Below, one piece after another: positions 27,922 to 37,097 of a stretch of DNA of 64,000 bases; the first letter of the stretch is position 1; the number at the start of each line of letters is the position of its first letter. The stretch lies in assembly GCA_963706515.1 (NCBI GenBank), contig CAVPMW010000010.1, positions 54,377-118,376 of the forward strand. Direction: 5' to 3'. The translations under genes were made by a program, and so were the position numbers. This DNA comes from an uncultured Chloroflexia bacterium. Lineage in GTDB: Bacteria > Chloroflexota > Anaerolineae > Anaerolineales > UBA4823. The notes beneath the pieces were generated by a model, which worked only from the letters and a program-made list of their open reading frames with translations, was not told the origin of the DNA and did no database searches.

Positions 27922-29607
27922 TCAAGTGGACTTATCTATAGGGGAGCCAGACTCCTCAAGTGAATGTTCACGAGGATCACCGTGCGGATTTCCGTGCGGA
28001 TCTCCGCGAGCCCAATCCCATAAAATATACAGGACAGCACTGATGACTCCTAACCCAATCGTTTTAAATAGATCCACCACCGGCCATACGACCGGAGTAT
28101 ACCGGCGCAGGTACCAGGGGACGAACCAGAGCAGGATGATCCCGATTGAAACCAGGGCGCGCCTGAATCCCGCATCCTTGCTGCGACGGTAGGCAACCCA
28201 CGCCCAGGCAGCCAGTGCAATCTGAAGGCTGGCAAAAACTGCCCGGTAGCGCGGGTTGTCATCCTGATCACCCCCGCCACGAAAGGAGGCGATGATGATA
28301 CCTAGCCATATGACAATGGTCAGGACCTGGGCCAGCCGGTCTCGGTCGCGCACGCTCCAGGCGCGCAGGGGAGCATAAACCAACAGGAGAAGCAATATCG
28401 TCCAACCGATTGCGCGCCAGATTGTGATCCAGGGCCAAATCAGCGCTTCACTGCCGGCTATCAGGGCTGCCGGGAGGAACGGTCGCAGCACTCCATAACC
28501 GATCAAGAGCGGGGCATGGAGATATTCCGGTGTGCTATGGAATATTTTTTGCATCCAGCCGGAGGCGTGAGTGTTTATGTACGCCTGCCAGTCCGCAGTT
28601 TTAACGATCCACCAGGTGAACAATTCGAGAGGATTAGAGATGTCAGAGGGGGCAAATTCTTTCCAGGCAACCCAAATAGCGGCAAGGATCAGAAGTGCGA
28701 CCAGAGACAGGATTAGTATGATCTGCCAGCCTGGCAGCCTCCGTTTGGGTGCCGCTTTTCTACGCATGAGCAAGGCTGTCAATACGATCGCGACCAGCAG
28801 CAGACCAGCGAATGGCGGCGAGAGAGGCAGGCTCAACAAGAGTGGAACCAGGACCCAGCCTAAACGAGCCGGGCGATGGTCTTGCTGATATCTGATCAAA
28901 CCATAGAAAGCCATCGCCGTAAATGTAATGGCGAATGCTTCTCGCATCTGCGAGCTGCCGACCAGGACAGCTTCGGGATAAATGGCCAATCCCCAGGCAG
29001 CCATTCTCCCGACCAAATCACCCCACGCCAGGCGGGCAAAAGCCCAGGTGAAGATAATTGCCAAAGCAGAAATTGCGGCAGTCAAGACAACGATGGTTAA
29101 GGGCTCGTGAGTGCTTCCGCCAAAATAGCGATAATAGGCTGCACTCAAAAAAAGCATTCCACCGTACTGGTCAACCTTCCGATATTTCGGATAGGTATGA
29201 AAAAGGGACTTAGACGATTTCGCCAGATCCCAGGCTGCCTGATCGCGTGCATAAGCATCTGACATGATATAGCCTGCGCGCTCTTCTATAGAGCCATGAC
29301 CCAGTACGGGAAGAGAGACATACCAGACAACCCCCATCGCCAGACGAAATAGCGCTGCTCCTATCAGCAGATATGCCAGCCATCTAGGCAGCGCCTCGCC
29401 CAGACTGCGCTGCAATAATAACCAGCCTATCAAGAGGATTGCTGCACCGAGCAGGGTCGCTGCCAGGAATACCCACCAGCTCGACAACCCGGTAAAGTTC
29501 GTGGACACCCAGGACAGCAATATTGAGATCAACAGGATCACTGCTCCGCCCAGGAGCCAGAAGCGCCAATGGATTGCAGGCCGGGTGTTTATGCTCACAG
29601 CATTCAT
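27922..29607 (-). CDS. 561-aa polytopic membrane protein (GT-C-like or polymerase-like; weak call)
   Basis: Trimmed from ORF 27922..29760 to ATG 29607 (MNAVSINT), 10 nt after the upstream stop. More than 12 hydrophobic segments. The loop ...YIMSDAYARDQAAWDL... is a possible acidic GT-C-type motif. C-terminal tail GDPHGNPHGDP. Confidence 0.4.
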   Translation of the reverse strand: MNAVSINTRPAIHWRFWLLGGAVILLISILLSWVSTNFTGLSSWWVFLAATLLGAAILLIGWLLLQRSLGEALPRWLAYLLIGAALFRLAMGVVWYVSLPVLGHGSIEERAGYIMSDAYARDQAAWDLAKSSKSLFHTYPKYRKVDQYGGMLFLSAAYYRYFGGSTHEPLTIVVLTAAISALAIIFTWAFARLAWGDLVGRMAAWGLAIYPEAVLVGSSQMREAFAITFTAMAFYGLIRYQQDHRPARLGWVLVPLLLSLPLSPPFAGLLLVAIVLTALLMRRKAAPKRRLPGWQIILILSLVALLILAAIWVAWKEFAPSDISNPLELFTWWIVKTADWQAYINTHASGWMQKIFHSTPEYLHAPLLIGYGVLRPFLPAALIAGSEALIWPWITIWRAIGWTILLLLLVYAPLRAWSVRDRDRLAQVLTIVIWLGIIIASFRGGGDQDDNPRYRAVFASLQIALAAWAWVAYRRSKDAGFRRALVSIGIILLWFVPWYLRRYTPVVWPVVDLFKTIGLGVISAVLYILWDWARGDPHGNPHGDPREHSLEESGSPIDKST

Positions 29608-29617
29608 CGCCTGCCCA

Positions 29618-30790
29618 TTATAAGTCCTGCATGATCCTGCGAACGCGCCCCTCCCAGGTGTAATTCTCGACATCCTGCCTGCCCTGCCCGGCAAGCCGGG
29701 CACCAAGGGTTTCGTTTTCTCGCAGGCTGCACAATGCACCGACCCAGGCGGGCAGATCATCCGGTGGTAAGAGAATTGAGTTTTCCGAATTAAGGATTTC
29801 CTGCAGGACGGGGAGATTACTGGAAATGATCGGCCGTTGACAGGCCATGTATTCGAACATTTTCATTGGGCTGAGGTAGCGTGAAATATCGCCACCGGAA
29901 GATGCGGCTACATGTTCCTGGTAGGGCATCAACAGCACATTGCAGGCAGCCTGGTAAAGAGGCAGGTCAGAATTCAGTACAAATCCTGTCAGGAATACGT
30001 TTGTTAGGCTCCGCGAATCGAGCTCACTTTGCAGGCGAGATACGTCGCTCGGTTCACCGCCGACCAACAGGAAGGTAGTATCGGTCATCGCCTGCGCCAG
30101 ATCTAACAATAAAGCCGTGCCCCGGCCTGAATATAAATGACCGGTATATCCCACAGTGAACCGCTCAGGCATACGCTGCAAACCGGGCGCAGTGAGGCGG
30201 AGCTCCTGCCGGGCGTCTGGCGGGTCGGGCAGTTGATTAAAGCGATTGAGGTCCACCGCGTCGGGAGCGATTACGCACAGAGGTGGCTTGAGCTGGGTCT
30301 CCAGGCGGAGGCTCAAATCCGCAGCCAATGCTGCGGTAATCGTGACCAGCCTCCTGGCGCCGCTCCCCTGCAAAAACCGTTTTGTCAGCCAGATACCGGA
30401 GCTGCTCTGAGGCAGATCGTGTGTCTCATATATGGAGGCTAACCCGAGCTGGCTGGCAATGGCAGCTGCCTGGGGCAGTCGCGTGTAAACCAGGTTCGCC
30501 TTCCAGCGTCGCGCCCAGTTCAAAGCGCGGAGAGCATAGTCATAATGCCGCAAGCCTGGCGAGTCCGGCAGCCAGTCAACATGAACAGCCTTTTCCAGGC
30601 CATAAAATTGCGCCAGGCGCTCGGGATCCAGATCGCTGAGAGCATCACTACTCGCCCGATTTACCGAGCGGGGAGAGCAGAGCCGGGTCTCGTAACCGCA
30701 CAGATCCAGCGCCTGCACCATTTTCATGACCTGCACCGTGTTAGCCCTGCGTGAGGGAATAGAGGTTGGAGCAATTACAGCAATCTTCAT
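29618..30790 (-). CDS. GT4 family (GT-B) glycosyltransferase
   Basis: 390 aa. ...GYTGHLYSGRG...FLLVGG... and SPMKMFEYMACQRPIISS (E-x7-E region). Confidence 0.75.
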   Translation of the reverse strand: MKIAVIAPTSIPSRRANTVQVMKMVQALDLCGYETRLCSPRSVNRASSDALSDLDPERLAQFYGLEKAVHVDWLPDSPGLRHYDYALRALNWARRWKANLVYTRLPQAAAIASQLGLASIYETHDLPQSSSGIWLTKRFLQGSGARRLVTITAALAADLSLRLETQLKPPLCVIAPDAVDLNRFNQLPDPPDARQELRLTAPGLQRMPERFTVGYTGHLYSGRGTALLLDLAQAMTDTTFLLVGGEPSDVSRLQSELDSRSLTNVFLTGFVLNSDLPLYQAACNVLLMPYQEHVAASSGGDISRYLSPMKMFEYMACQRPIISSNLPVLQEILNSENSILLPPDDLPAWVGALCSLRENETLGARLAGQGRQDVENYTWEGRVRRIMQDL

Positions 30791-30806
30791 CCGTGAGTAT
30801 GCCTGC

Positions 30807-32156
30807 TTACGAGCTTGCCGGCTGCGGGGTAAGCTTAACCTGCAGGAGCGAGCGAGTTTTCAAGGAAGCAAGCCCGACACTGAAGATATAAAATCCAGAA
30901 AGCAGGGCTGCACTGGCGATATAGCCGTAGCGCGGGACGAACAATATGATGCCAATCACTTTGATGAACGCGCTGATCAGATTAACTTTCGTCGGATAAT
31001 CCGGTCGCCCTAAAGCCAGCAGTGCAATCCGGTTCCAATAGAAGGTATTGGCTACCAAATAACCGGCAAGCAGAATCATGAGGGCCGGATATGCCGGTAA
31101 ATATTGGGGCGTATACAGAATACGGATCAGGGATTGGCCGAAGATCAGGAGGAAGACTGAGACTAGCAGGGTATAGGTGCCCGCCAGGATTGAACCCTGG
31201 CGCAAGATAAAACGGAAACCGCTCCAATCTTCTTTGGCGACGTCCCGGGAAAGCTCCGGATAGGTCACCTGGGGCAGCGGGCTGACCGGAAGCTGAACCA
31301 TATTCACCAGGGAGAGCGCCAGGCGGTAATATCCTGTCTGTTGAGGATTGGTAAAGAGGGACACCCATAACAGCTCACTATCTTTATTGACCAGGCTGAG
31401 CGTTGCACTGATATTGGTGGAGATAGCGAAATGGGAAAGCTCACGCCCCCGCGCCTGCAATAAGGCGAGGGAAGTAGACCACCAGCGCTTTCCCCAGTGC
31501 CGCCCTGCTTCGAACAGAGCAGCGCCAGTCAACCCTAGTGCGCCGACTGTTTTTCCAAGCAGATAAGCCAGCAGGACGCCGACCATGCCGCCGTGTTCAA
31601 CGAAAACCAGAGTAATCAGCGCAAGGGTTACGATGCTTTGGACTACACCCATCACAGCGATTTGCCGGTAGCGATCAAAAACCTGCAGCAGACCCGTAGA
31701 GCTCTCCGCGATCAAATTAGCGATAACAATCAGGCCGTAAAGCCTGAACCAGCCCGCCAAAGCGGGATTTTTAGCGAATAAAAGGGCTGCCAGAGGCGCC
31801 AGCACCCAGATGAGAACGTATGCCAGAACCGAGGCGGTCAATTCCGCCAGGCCGGCAGATTTATATACAGCTGCTGCGTGGGCATCATCCGCTGATTCCG
31901 AGTACTCCCCGACGTACTTAATCACCAATTCTCCCATGCGGAAGGAAACGAATTTATTGATGACGCTGGTGAACATGATGATAATGCCCAGGATGCCGAA
32001 ATCAGCCACACCGAGCAGCCGTGCGGTGAGGATCCCCTGCACCATACTCAATGCTGCTGCTATTCCCGTAGCACTGAGCAGATATCCTGAATTGAGAAGC
32101 AGACGGCGGATAATTTCGCTTTGGCTAAGCTGGTGGAAGTACCTGGACAGACGCAT
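30807..32156 (-). CDS. MOP-superfamily oligosaccharide flippase (Wzx/RfbX-like polysaccharide biosynthesis protein)
   Basis: About 12-14 TM segments. The N-terminal ...IIRRLLLNSGYLLSATGIAAALSMVQGILTARLLGVADFGILGII... is typical of Polysacc_synt proteins. Start trimmed to ATG 32156; the alternative 32234 overlaps the epimerase. Confidence 0.7.
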   Translation of the reverse strand: MRLSRYFHQLSQSEIIRRLLLNSGYLLSATGIAAALSMVQGILTARLLGVADFGILGIIIMFTSVINKFVSFRMGELVIKYVGEYSESADDAHAAAVYKSAGLAELTASVLAYVLIWVLAPLAALLFAKNPALAGWFRLYGLIVIANLIAESSTGLLQVFDRYRQIAVMGVVQSIVTLALITLVFVEHGGMVGVLLAYLLGKTVGALGLTGAALFEAGRHWGKRWWSTSLALLQARGRELSHFAISTNISATLSLVNKDSELLWVSLFTNPQQTGYYRLALSLVNMVQLPVSPLPQVTYPELSRDVAKEDWSGFRFILRQGSILAGTYTLLVSVFLLIFGQSLIRILYTPQYLPAYPALMILLAGYLVANTFYWNRIALLALGRPDYPTKVNLISAFIKVIGIILFVPRYGYIASAALLSGFYIFSVGLASLKTRSLLQVKLTPQPASS

Positions 32157-32181
32157 GGATGGCGAAAACCTGGCTGGCAGG

Positions 32182-33186
32182 TCAGGCGGTCTCCACCTGG
32201 CTTGCCCAGGCTCGTTCTGACCTGTACCAGTCAATCAGGCGCGTTACCCCGGTTTGCAGGTCGATTTGTGGCGCCCAACCCAGTAGGCGACCTGCCTTGG
32301 AGACATCCGCCCAATTTGCGGACATGTCGGCGGGATGGCGGGGCAGGTATTCGACCCGAGCAGTTCGTCCCAGAATCTCCTCGAACATGCGGATCAGCTC
32401 GTTGATGCGGATGACTTGATGACCACCGAGATTTATAATCTCGTACCCCAACGGTCGCAATCCCAGGATCGTACCCCTGGCAATATCATCCAGATAAGTA
32501 AACCCCCGGGATTGCGTGCCATCCCCGTTAACTTGCACTGGACGACCCTCATCGATCCACTGGACAAAGCGAAACATAACCATATCCGGTCTTCCTGCCG
32601 GGCCATACACCGTAAAGTAGCGGAAGATGGTCACGTCAGTCCCATATAGGTAGTGATAGGCGTAGCACAACGTTTCAGCGGCTTTTTTGCTGGCTGCATA
32701 AGGTTGGAGGGGACGATCGCTGCTTGCCTCCTCCGAAGTCGGAAGGGGAGCATTTTCGCCATAGATGCTCGAGGTCGAGGCCAGGATAAACTTCGGTATA
32801 TCGTACTCACGGCAGAATTCCAGCAAATTGAGTGTCCCGGTAGCATTTGTAGCGAGATACACCCAGGGATTTTCTAAGGATTGCCTCACCCCTGCTCTGG
32901 CAGCCAGGTTAATGACTGCATCGAATGGAGGCTGGCTATTGCCGGCGAGGGTGCCGATATGGCTGGTGAGCGCGTCATGCAGCTCGTCCGGATAGCTGAT
33001 ATCCACCTGGGTAAAGCTAAAATTGGGATGTGCCACCAGCCGCCTCAGGCGCCATTCCTTCATGCGTACGTCGTAAGCCTGGTTCATATTGTCAACGCCA
33101 AACACAGAATGACCGTCGTTCAATAAAAGCTCGGCCACTTTAGACGCAATGAACCCTGCTGCTCCTGTGATCAGGTAATTTGCCAT
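32182..33186 (-). CDS. NAD-dependent nucleotide-sugar 4-epimerase (UDP-glucuronate/UDP-GlcNAcA 4-epimerase family)
   Basis: 334 aa. Motifs ITGAAGFIASKV, INLAARAGVR.S, ASTSSIYG, PYAASKKA.E, FRYFTVYGPAGRPDM and GDG.Q.R.FTY.DDI. Confidence 0.75.
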   Translation of the reverse strand: MANYLITGAAGFIASKVAELLLNDGHSVFGVDNMNQAYDVRMKEWRLRRLVAHPNFSFTQVDISYPDELHDALTSHIGTLAGNSQPPFDAVINLAARAGVRQSLENPWVYLATNATGTLNLLEFCREYDIPKFILASTSSIYGENAPLPTSEEASSDRPLQPYAASKKAAETLCYAYHYLYGTDVTIFRYFTVYGPAGRPDMVMFRFVQWIDEGRPVQVNGDGTQSRGFTYLDDIARGTILGLRPLGYEIINLGGHQVIRINELIRMFEEILGRTARVEYLPRHPADMSANWADVSKAGRLLGWAPQIDLQTGVTRLIDWYRSERAWASQVETA

Positions 33187-33228
33187 GCTGACTACTTCAA
33201 CCTGGATGAGTGATCGCCAACCGTCAGG

Positions 33229-34551
33229 CTACAGGCGAACGATCTTCGGGTGATGGCTCCCTAACACCCCAAAGGCATTGCGCGTATCGACGATAAGGCT
33301 GGCTGCCTCCAGGATTGCATCGTAATCATAAGCAGCGTGATTGGTGATGATGACTACACAATCTGCTGCCCGGATTGCCCCCATCAAGTCTGGGACGCTC
33401 TCCTGCTCCCAGCCTTCGTGGGAGATGCAGGGCACGTATGGGTCATGATAAACGACATGAGCGCCTTTCTGCTTGAGCAATCCAATCACATCCAGGGCAG
33501 GCGCCTCGCGCATGTCATCGATATTGGCTTTATAAGCGACACCCAGCACAATCACCTGGCTGCCGTTAAGTGCCCGGCCGCGCTCATTGAGCGCATCCTG
33601 AACCAGGTTTACGACATAGCGCGGCATTCCAGTGTTGATCTCAGAAGCCAGCTCGATGAAGCGCGCAGTGTAATTTAGAGTTTTTAGCTTCCAGGAAAGG
33701 TAGAGCGGGTCGATCGGGATACAATGACCACCCAGCCCCGGTCCTGGGGTAAATTTCATAAAGCCAAAAGGTTTTGTCGCCGCTGCGTCGATCACTTCCC
33801 ATACATCCACACCGAGCCGGGCGCACATGATCGCCATCTCGTTAACCAGGCCGATATTGATCATGCGGAAGGTGTTCTCCAGGAGCTTCGCCATTTCGGC
33901 TACTTCGGCAGATGACACTGGAACTACGGTTTGTAATGCCTCGGCATACCAGGCGGCGGCGATTTCAGTGCAGGTAGGGGTAATCCCACCAATAACTTTT
34001 GGAGTATTCAGGGTTGTCCAGTCCTCACGTCCTGGATCGACCCGCTCCGGCGAGAAGGCCAGGAAGAAGTCAACACCTACTTTTAACCGTTTTCCTTCTT
34101 CCAGCTTAGGCAGCAGGATTTCGCGCGTGGTACCCGGATACGTGGTGGATTCGAGCACGACCACAATTCCAGGGTGCATATATTTCCCTAATTCTTCCGT
34201 AGCGCTCAGGATAAACGAAAGATCCGGGTCGCCGGTCTGTCGTAAAGGCGTGGGGACGCAGATGCTGACGGCGTCTGCCCCACGGAGAACAGAGAAATCA
34301 GTGGTCGCAGTCAGACGTCCGGCTCGCACGAGACTCGCCACCTGATCGTCGGATATATCCTGGATATGGCTCTTGCCTGCGAGAACCATATCTACTTTGC
34401 GCCGGTCCGGGTCGATGCCGGTGACCGAATAACCGGCCTCAGCAAAGACTACAGCCAAAGGTAAACCGACGTATCCAAGTCCAAGGATCGCCACCTTAGC
34501 TTCTTTTTCTTTGATTTTTTGTTGCAACGTACTTGCGAAATCAACGCTCAT
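33229..34551 (-). CDS. nucleotide-sugar 6-dehydrogenase (WbpO/TviB/WecC-like UDP-N-acetyl-hexosamine dehydrogenase)
   Basis: 440 aa. Motifs ILGLGYVGLPLA, ICVPTP, AFSPERV.PG, AE..KL.EN.FR..NI...NE, GPGLGGHCIPIDP.YL and LG.AYK.NIDD.RE.P. AAGGAAG lies 8 nt upstream. Confidence 0.8.
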   Translation of the reverse strand: MSVDFASTLQQKIKEKEAKVAILGLGYVGLPLAVVFAEAGYSVTGIDPDRRKVDMVLAGKSHIQDISDDQVASLVRAGRLTATTDFSVLRGADAVSICVPTPLRQTGDPDLSFILSATEELGKYMHPGIVVVLESTTYPGTTREILLPKLEEGKRLKVGVDFFLAFSPERVDPGREDWTTLNTPKVIGGITPTCTEIAAAWYAEALQTVVPVSSAEVAEMAKLLENTFRMINIGLVNEMAIMCARLGVDVWEVIDAAATKPFGFMKFTPGPGLGGHCIPIDPLYLSWKLKTLNYTARFIELASEINTGMPRYVVNLVQDALNERGRALNGSQVIVLGVAYKANIDDMREAPALDVIGLLKQKGAHVVYHDPYVPCISHEGWEQESVPDLMGAIRAADCVVIITNHAAYDYDAILEAASLIVDTRNAFGVLGSHHPKIVRL

Positions 34552-34591
34552 TTTGTAACTTCCTTTATAAAAATATTAAAAATCCTCAAAT

Positions 34592-34647
34592 TATGTGATT
34601 GCCCGAAAGTATTTTTACGATCCGAAGCATTAACGTCGGCCTGTCAC
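34592..34647. repeat. 56-nt intergenic element, copy A (imperfect hairpin)
   Basis: TATGTGATTGCCCGAAAGTATTTTTACGATCC... shares 29/32 leading nt plus the TCGGCC..TCAC tail with 56271..56326. It lies between the udg stop and the start of the glycan locus. Confidence 0.7.
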
Positions 34648-34678
34648 CCCATCCGTAAGGCATCTCAGGAACCCCTCA

Positions 34679-35320
34679 TCAAAAAAGGCTGAGCTGCTTG
34701 GGTTCAACTTTGTTCGGCTGCTCCGCAGTGCTTTCTTCAGCTTCCATCTCCGGTTTAATGTCTGCTTTAGAGATCAAATCCGGCAAGCGTGCAAAATCGT
34801 CTTCGATGACGGAGCGCAGTGATTGTTGGTGGAGGGCAGCTGCCGGATGGTACATAGCGACGACCAGCCTGCCCTTAATATTCACAGCCTGACCGTGGAC
34901 CGCGCTGATTTTGGCATTGGGCATAAAACGCGCCATCGAATATCGCCCCAGAGTAACGATCACCCGGGGATTAATCGCCTGGATCTGTCTCTCCAAATAT
35001 GGGTCGCAGGTCTCAATCTCCTCTTGCTCCGGATCGCGGTTGCCGGGTGGGCGGCATTTTACGATATTGGTAATAAACACCTCCGAGCGCTGCATACCAA
35101 TGTTGTTCAATAACTCGTCAAGCAGTTTGCCCGCCGCGCCTACGAATGGTCGCCCTTGTTCATTTTCATGAAAGCCAGGACCCTCGCCAATAAACATGAT
35201 GCTGGCATCCGGCGGGCCTTCTCCGGGCACAGCCAGTTTGCGCGAATAGTGCAGTTTACAGCGTGTGCATACCGCTACTTGCTGGGCGACGATATTGAGC
35301 TCCTCAGCAGAATTTTTCAT
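34679..35320 (-). CDS. uracil-DNA glycosylase, family 4
   Basis: 213 aa. Motifs C.RC.L, GEGP...MFIGEGPG..E...G.PFVG.AG.LL and ..NIVKCRPP.NR.P. ATGA-type overlap with rimI. Confidence 0.85.
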   Translation of the reverse strand: MKNSAEELNIVAQQVAVCTRCKLHYSRKLAVPGEGPPDASIMFIGEGPGFHENEQGRPFVGAAGKLLDELLNNIGMQRSEVFITNIVKCRPPGNRDPEQEEIETCDPYLERQIQAINPRVIVTLGRYSMARFMPNAKISAVHGQAVNIKGRLVVAMYHPAAALHQQSLRSVIEDDFARLPDLISKADIKPEMEAEESTAEQPNKVEPKQLSLF

Positions 35321-35880
35321 GAGGCCTCTCTTTCTATCGAATTCGATAAAATCACTGGCGTCCGGTCTAATCCCTCCAACCAGCGGGCGTATTCTTGCCC
35401 CAGCGTATGGGTGGACATGATCAATGCATCTTCGTTATTATCTTTATAATAGCGCACCCGCCGTCCCACCTCTTCAAACTCGAAATATTGATACAGCGCC
35501 TGAGCGGCGAGGTTGTTTGCGCGCACCTCGAGCGTAGCCATCTGAGCACCCGCACGCATCGCACCCAACAATGCGGCTGCTAATAGATTATAGGCTATCC
35601 GTTGCCGGCGGTAATCAGGATGTACAGCCAGCGTAGCAATATGAGCCTCATCTAAAATCAGCCAGATTACGATCGCGCCGAGGACCTTCAGGCTTCCATC
35701 CGGCAGAGTGGCTTCAGCCACCCGGTGGAGTGAATGGTTATTTTCATATAACTCGTAATAATAGGCATTTTCTGGCCAGGGCAGGCTGAAGGATAACCGG
35801 TCGATGGCGACCACAGCAGGGACATCACTGGCCTGCATTGGACGGATGCGAAGCTGCAACGGACCCAATGGATAGGTCAT
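35317..35880 (-). CDS. rimI: ribosomal-protein-alanine N-acetyltransferase (GNAT)
   Basis: 187 aa GNAT (..IATLAVHPDYRRQRIAYNLL...LEVR..N..A..LY..FGF). Sits in a tsaE-tsaB-rimI arrangement. Confidence 0.75.
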   Translation of the reverse strand: MTYPLGPLQLRIRPMQASDVPAVVAIDRLSFSLPWPENAYYYELYENNHSLHRVAEATLPDGSLKVLGAIVIWLILDEAHIATLAVHPDYRRQRIAYNLLAAALLGAMRAGAQMATLEVRANNLAAQALYQYFEFEEVGRRVRYYKDNNEDALIMSTHTLGQEYARWLEGLDRTPVILSNSIEREAS

Positions 35881-36545
35881 TCAGGGATGGGCTCTGCGAA
35901 GTGGAGATAAATGGGGACCAGGCTGGTGGGGTCATCGACCTGACCGGACTGCCAGCGTTTCCAGCCGAGCTCTGCCAGATACCCGACCCGCCGCAATGAT
36001 TGAGCAGGTGAAGCCAGAAAAATGATCTTGCGTTTCTTGCCTAATAGCGTCCTGTCATCCTCGCTCAACTCACCGCAGATCAGGGTAGGGGATTCGATTG
36101 AATCCGCCAGGGCCTGGGCATTCGTGATTTGAATGTCTTGCAGCGAACGCCAGCCTTCACTGGAAGCCTGGTAGTGACAAATTGCCAGCCGACCGCGGCC
36201 TGCTCGCAGCAAAGCAATCATCGGAATATCCTGGACCGGCTGGGCGGTTGCCAGTACATCCAGGGTTGGGATGCCGACGAGCGGCAGGCGGCGTACCAGG
36301 GCAATTCCCTTAGCCAGAGCCAGCCCAATCCGCAGACCGGTGAAAGAGCCGGGTCCAATTGCAACCGCGATTGCTTTAATATTCTGGATCGACTTGCCTG
36401 TCTTTAACAGCGCATCGTGCACGGCAGGAGCGAGCTCCACCGTATGATAATCTTTGCTGGTCCAGGTTGATTCGAAGGTCACCTGGAAACCATCATACAG
36501 GGCGATGCCGACGGAACGGGTAGAGGTGTCCATTGCCAGGATCAT
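35877..36545 (-). CDS. tsaB: tRNA t6A37 threonylcarbamoyl transfer protein TsaB
   Basis: Trimmed to ATG 36545 (MILAMDTSTRSVGIALYDG...), giving a 1-nt overlap with the tsaE stop. ...AVAIGPGSFTGLRIGLA.AKG. Confidence 0.8.
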   Translation of the reverse strand: MILAMDTSTRSVGIALYDGFQVTFESTWTSKDYHTVELAPAVHDALLKTGKSIQNIKAIAVAIGPGSFTGLRIGLALAKGIALVRRLPLVGIPTLDVLATAQPVQDIPMIALLRAGRGRLAICHYQASSEGWRSLQDIQITNAQALADSIESPTLICGELSEDDRTLLGKKRKIIFLASPAQSLRRVGYLAELGWKRWQSGQVDDPTSLVPIYLHFAEPIPE

Positions 36546-37042
36546 CAGGACACCCCATAGACCAACCGGCGGAAGGCTGCCACCATGTCTTGATATCGCT
36601 TGCCATGCGCAGATATCAACAAGTCGCGCTGCTGGTCTTCGATCCAATTGAGATGAATTTCGAGCTGCTCGGGTGGAAGGGCTGGGAGAATCCGTTCTGC
36701 CCATTCGATGACCAGGGGACCGTCCTCCAGCATCGTATCTAAGTCAAGATCGATTGCTTCTAATGGACTTAACATGCGATACGCATCCAGGTGGAACAAT
36801 TTACTGCCATCTGGCCTGCGGTAGACGTTGACCAGTACAAAAGTCGGACTGGTGACTGAATCTAAGGAACCCCAGCCGTTAGCCAAACCCTGCACCAGGA
36901 CCGTTTTACCGCTGCCCAGGTCGCCAACCAGGGAAATGACATCTCCCGGACGGAGCATCGCCCCGAGACGCATTCCAGCCCGGCGAGTTTGTTCCGGGCT
37001 GCGACTGATGAACTCGAGCGAATTTCGATCCAGGATCGGCAT
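36545..37042 (-). CDS. tsaE: tRNA t6A37 ATPase TsaE
   Basis: 165 aa. Motifs L.GDLGSGKT..V.G, V.SPTF.L...Y and HLD.YR. Confidence 0.85.
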   Translation of the reverse strand: MPILDRNSLEFISRSPEQTRRAGMRLGAMLRPGDVISLVGDLGSGKTVLVQGLANGWGSLDSVTSPTFVLVNVYRRPDGSKLFHLDAYRMLSPLEAIDLDLDTMLEDGPLVIEWAERILPALPPEQLEIHLNWIEDQQRDLLISAHGKRYQDMVAAFRRLVYGVS

Positions 37043-37097
37043 TCTAAGCGGGATTATAACGCCGCAGCGACAAATGCGGAGAAGGATTTTACCCCGG

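Noticed and set aside
29608-29760. N-terminal extensions offered by the ORF track. Examples are 27922..29760 with a CxxC-like CAAC, 2920..4632, 35877..36704, 57963..58751 and 12231..13916.
   Set aside because: The extensions overlap the preceding gene by 40-160 nt and are Arg/Pro/Gly-rich. In each case they are followed by an internal start with an RBS and/or a stop-start overlap that matches the expected family N-terminus.
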